Assembly: GCA_963666285.1 (NCBI GenBank) | Contig: OY762711.1 | Reading direction: 5' to 3' (one strand) | Origin: Sedimentisphaerales bacterium | GTDB lineage: Bacteria; Planctomycetota; Phycisphaerae; Sedimentisphaerales; SM23-30 | Length of the DNA: 64,000 nt | Part shown: positions 61,029 through 64,000 of the stretch, one piece after another | How the letters are laid out: the number at the start of each line of letters is the position of its first letter | Numbering within the stretch: position 1 is the stretch's first letter | Position numbers and translations under genes: made by a program | Notes under the pieces: model-generated | Seen by the model: the letters and a program-made list of their open reading frames with translations, nothing else | Database searches by the model: none | Told to the model about the DNA's origin: nothing

Positions 61029-61103
61029 AGTATATTTAATTCAAAATGCGGCAGGAAGGCCCTTCCAGGCGATTTTTGCATCTTAAAAACTACGGAAGTT
61101 AAC
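61029..61103 (+). repeat. Repeat family A, copy 5 (3' fragment)
   Basis: AGTATATTTAATTCAAA...GCAGGAAGGCCCTT..AGGCGATTTTTGCA..TTAAAAACTACGGAAGTTAAC. Confidence 0.8.
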
Positions 61104-61370
61104 AAATATAAAAGTACCAAATATGAAAATTTATACAATAGACAGTTGTAATATCATAATGGATATATGTAATTGCCCGCAAACTTTAAATTATTATCCA
61201 ACAAGATTTTGCGTCACTTATACTATGCAACTCATATACATATAACACATGCTCTTTCAGAAAAATTATCAAACGTAAAAAGAGATAAAGTTATGGAGAA
61301 TTATTGTATTTCAATAACAGCACCCAACAATTTCATCAATAAAATAAGTTATGGCAATTCATCGTTTTTT

Positions 61371-62948
61371 CTATTGTCTTTGGATGAGTATAAAATCTCT
61401 ATCTTCGCGATAATTAAATTCATCCAGGACATGCCAGGAGTCAAGCAGAGGAAGAGAGTCAAACTGCTCTTTCCTGATAAGAACACAATCGGCATCACTT
61501 GAAACAATATCTTCCGGTGATATATACAGATAATCGATTTTGAGATAATAAATAAATAGCTGATATTCAGGATTGCACAGATAAAGTACTTCATTTTCGG
61601 GGACAACAGACTCTATATGTACGGCAGTCTTTCGGCTGGTATTATCAGGAGGTAATATAAAACTACCAAAGGCATAATAAAGGTTAATCCCCATCGCGAT
61701 GACAATAGCAGTAAGCAAAGTAAGCTCAACTCGACAATTTATCAGTTTTTTTCCATAAAAGACAATACAAGTAACAAAGATAAAAGCCAGCGAGGTAGCA
61801 ACAGTAGTAAACGAAAACTCATAAGCAAATACTCCGACAATAGAGGCCAAAGTAATGATCGGGATAAAAATAAACAGTACCACTCTCCAGGTTTTGTCAG
61901 TGTGGTCAAGCGTTTTGTTATAATTAATTACCCAGGCAAACAGGAACAGGCCAAGCGGTACAACGGGCAGAGCATATCGGCCCAAAGTCCTGGGCATAAA
62001 AATAATAATAATAAAAGAGATAACAAAAGCCAGTCGAAGGGCAAAATAATAGCTTCGCTGCCGATCAGGAATATTATCCGTGAAACGTTTAATCCAGCAA
62101 ACCGGCATAATAATCAGCCAAGGCATAAGATTTAATACAGCAGATATACCCTCCTGAATAATTCTGTCGGGTTCGAACCGGAAAGAGCTGAATCGTTTAC
62201 CGACTTCTTTTTGCATGCGGGTATCCCGCAACTCGGCATACCCGGCAAGGTCAACAGCGTGATACCAGCAATAGAAAACAGCAAAGGCCATAAGAAGGCA
62301 GATAAAATGCTGGTAACAGAAGAGATCACGCCAGGAACGCGTTTTGGCAGATACACAAATAACCAGTACATAGAAAACCAGCAAAGCAATTGGCCCTTTG
62401 GTGAGTAAAGCGAATGCCAGAAACAGCATTGGGACAAAATACATTCTCCAGCGAGATGAATTGTCGAGCTTTCGATAGAACCACCAGAAGCAGGCGATAG
62501 CAGTCTGACTGACATAAACAGTGTCGATTTCGATAAGCCTGCCCTTGGTGGCAAGTCCGAGGCAGCCGAGAAATATCACGCATGCCAGGAACCGAAATTC
62601 AAGGGTGACCTGCCGGCAAGGCAGATAAAGAACAACCAGACAAAGGGTAAGTAGAGAAACGGGAGAGGGAAGCCGAACGACAAACTCCGAAGTGCTATTG
62701 AATATCTTAACCGAAGCGATAATAATCCAGTTGATCGTCGGCGGTTTATTGAAATACGGTTCTCCGCCGATATAAGGAATGAGATACTGACCGCTCTTGA
62801 TCATATCGAGTGCGGGCATTACCCTGCGGCCCTCTTCTCCTTTGAGTTCGAGGCTGCCAAGTCCGGGCAAAAATATTGCCGCCCATAATAACACAACTAA
62901 AATGAGGGCTATATAAGCAGCATTTTTACCAGATAACAATTTGTCCAT
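61371..62948 (-). CDS. ArnT/PMT-like (GT-C) membrane glycosyltransferase
   Basis: KGEEGRR, PYFNKPP, VRLPS, LTKGP; many TMs. Confidence 0.88.
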   Translation of the reverse strand: MDKLLSGKNAAYIALILVVLLWAAIFLPGLGSLELKGEEGRRVMPALDMIKSGQYLIPYIGGEPYFNKPPTINWIIIASVKIFNSTSEFVVRLPSPVSLLTLCLVVLYLPCRQVTLEFRFLACVIFLGCLGLATKGRLIEIDTVYVSQTAIACFWWFYRKLDNSSRWRMYFVPMLFLAFALLTKGPIALLVFYVLVICVSAKTRSWRDLFCYQHFICLLMAFAVFYCWYHAVDLAGYAELRDTRMQKEVGKRFSSFRFEPDRIIQEGISAVLNLMPWLIIMPVCWIKRFTDNIPDRQRSYYFALRLAFVISFIIIIFMPRTLGRYALPVVPLGLFLFAWVINYNKTLDHTDKTWRVVLFIFIPIITLASIVGVFAYEFSFTTVATSLAFIFVTCIVFYGKKLINCRVELTLLTAIVIAMGINLYYAFGSFILPPDNTSRKTAVHIESVVPENEVLYLCNPEYQLFIYYLKIDYLYISPEDIVSSDADCVLIRKEQFDSLPLLDSWHVLDEFNYREDRDFILIQRQ

Positions 62949-63167
62949 TTAATACAACCCAGTACACCAAGTACTATTAACAGATCGTCGTAAACAAGAT
63001 AAGTAACAAAAACAACAGGCTAAAAAACCGCGTCAGGCGGAAAAAACAATAATAAGCATAAGCGAGTACCCTTAACTTATTAGTTCTGCAATATCCTTCC
63101 GGACAGATAATACAGTTTTGAAAGTGCAATAACAATTACCTACAGAATCCGGCAGAATAGCCAAAGC

Positions 63168-63202
63168 AAAAAAAAGGCAGGAGAATCAAATGCCCCTGCC
63201 TT
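63168..63202 (-). terminator. Intrinsic terminator after OmpA-family gene
   Basis: AAGGCAGG...CCTGCCTT with an A8 run on + strand. Confidence 0.8.
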
Positions 63203-63257
63203 AGAGTGACTAGAATTATGTTCCCTTGAATAAAACAAAGGAACGATCAAACAAAAA

Positions 63258-64000
63258 TTATTCCTCTTCAGAAGAGACAGTCGGCATTCTGAAAATAGAA
63301 TTAGCCGGCAGGATATAAATTTCCACTCTTCGGTTTTTTTCGTTACCCTTATTGCCAGGGGCGTTTTCTGCGATTGGCCGCTGCTGACCGAAACCAACAA
63401 CAATCATACGCTGTTCGCTAACACCAACATCGGAAAGGATTTTTTCTACAGAAATAGCCCTGTGAGAAGAAAGATGCCAGTTAGTCGGATGTTTAACACG
63501 CGTATCAGGTTTTTTGATAGGCACATCATCAGTATGACCAACAATAGCAATATCAAATCCCTGAGCATCTTCGTTATTGATTATATTGCCAAACTCCCTG
63601 ATAGCAGCTTCTGCATCAGGCTGAACGGTGTCAGCTCCTTTATTGAAAAGCAGGTCGCTTTTGAGTTTAACCATACCGGTTTTTTCGTCGAAATCAATCA
63701 TTTCCGAAGCAGACGCCCAGGTAGCAATAGCGGTTGAAAGGCTAACCGGCAAAGCATTTTGTCCGACCATAGAAGCAAGATTCTTGATCGTTTCCTGCTG
63801 ATTTTCATTCTGAGCAGTCAGCAGGTCAACCTTTTTCTTTGAGGCATCCATCAGGGTTCTGAGGATTTCATTTTCAGCCTGGTATTTTTCAAACTTCTGA
63901 GCCCAGGTATTCTGTTCAGCTTCAAGATTATTGATCCGCTCTTTCAGCGTGTCATTTCTTCTGACACAGTTATCAAGTTCAGCATTACATCCGGCAAGAG
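63258..64000 (-). CDS. OmpA/MotB-family peptidoglycan-binding lipoprotein (5' end outside window)
   Basis: Frame stays open to the window end with an LAGC lipobox and coiled coil; GHTDDVP, NWHLSSHRA, NRRVEI. Confidence 0.9.
   Translation of the reverse strand, partial: LAGCNAELDNCVRRNDTLKERINNLEAEQNTWAQKFEKYQAENEILRTLMDASKKKVDLLTAQNENQQETIKNLASMVGQNALPVSLSTAIATWASASEMIDFDEKTGMVKLKSDLLFNKGADTVQPDAEAAIREFGNIINNEDAQGFDIAIVGHTDDVPIKKPDTRVKHPTNWHLSSHRAISVEKILSDVGVSEQRMIVVGFGQQRPIAENAPGNKGNEKNRRVEIYILPANSIFRMPTVSSEEE

Noticed and set aside
1..64000. tRNA, rRNA or known riboswitch genes
   Set aside because: No cloverleaf/T-loop signatures or rRNA-like tracts recognised by eye; a tRNAscan-SE and Rfam run would be needed to exclude them fully.

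Overview
A 64 kb chromosomal segment, most likely from an anaerobic, polysaccharide-degrading planctomycete (Phycisphaerae/Sedimentisphaerales-like). This is inferred from DUF1559-type pilin, PEP-CTERM, FecR/ECF, dockerin-like and long LepB proteins. Core genes: a complete trpEGDCFBA operon with an unannotated Trp-rich leader peptide and attenuator, galE, lepB, mfd, an MCP and an OmpA/MotB lipoprotein. Glycan functions: GH92, GH29, a sulfatase, esterases, a Gfo/Idh/MocA-DUF1080-CBM fusion, and an ECF-FecR-PEP-CTERM-LamG module with a duplicated domain. Mobile and repeat content is rich and mostly missing from the ORF track: an intact IS701-family element, a 3' remnant of a group II intron, a GxxExxY pseudogene, two copies of a 176-bp TA-flanked MITE and a 190-250 bp structured repeat in six copies. 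Most striking, about a dozen co-oriented modules (7-mer repeats + sequence-variable hairpin + TTTTAAA-GC) sit in the trp operon junctions and form part of the direct-repeat tracts around two paralogous AT-rich ankyrin genes. No rRNA, tRNA or CRISPR array was seen. All calls come from reading the sequence; no database searches were run.
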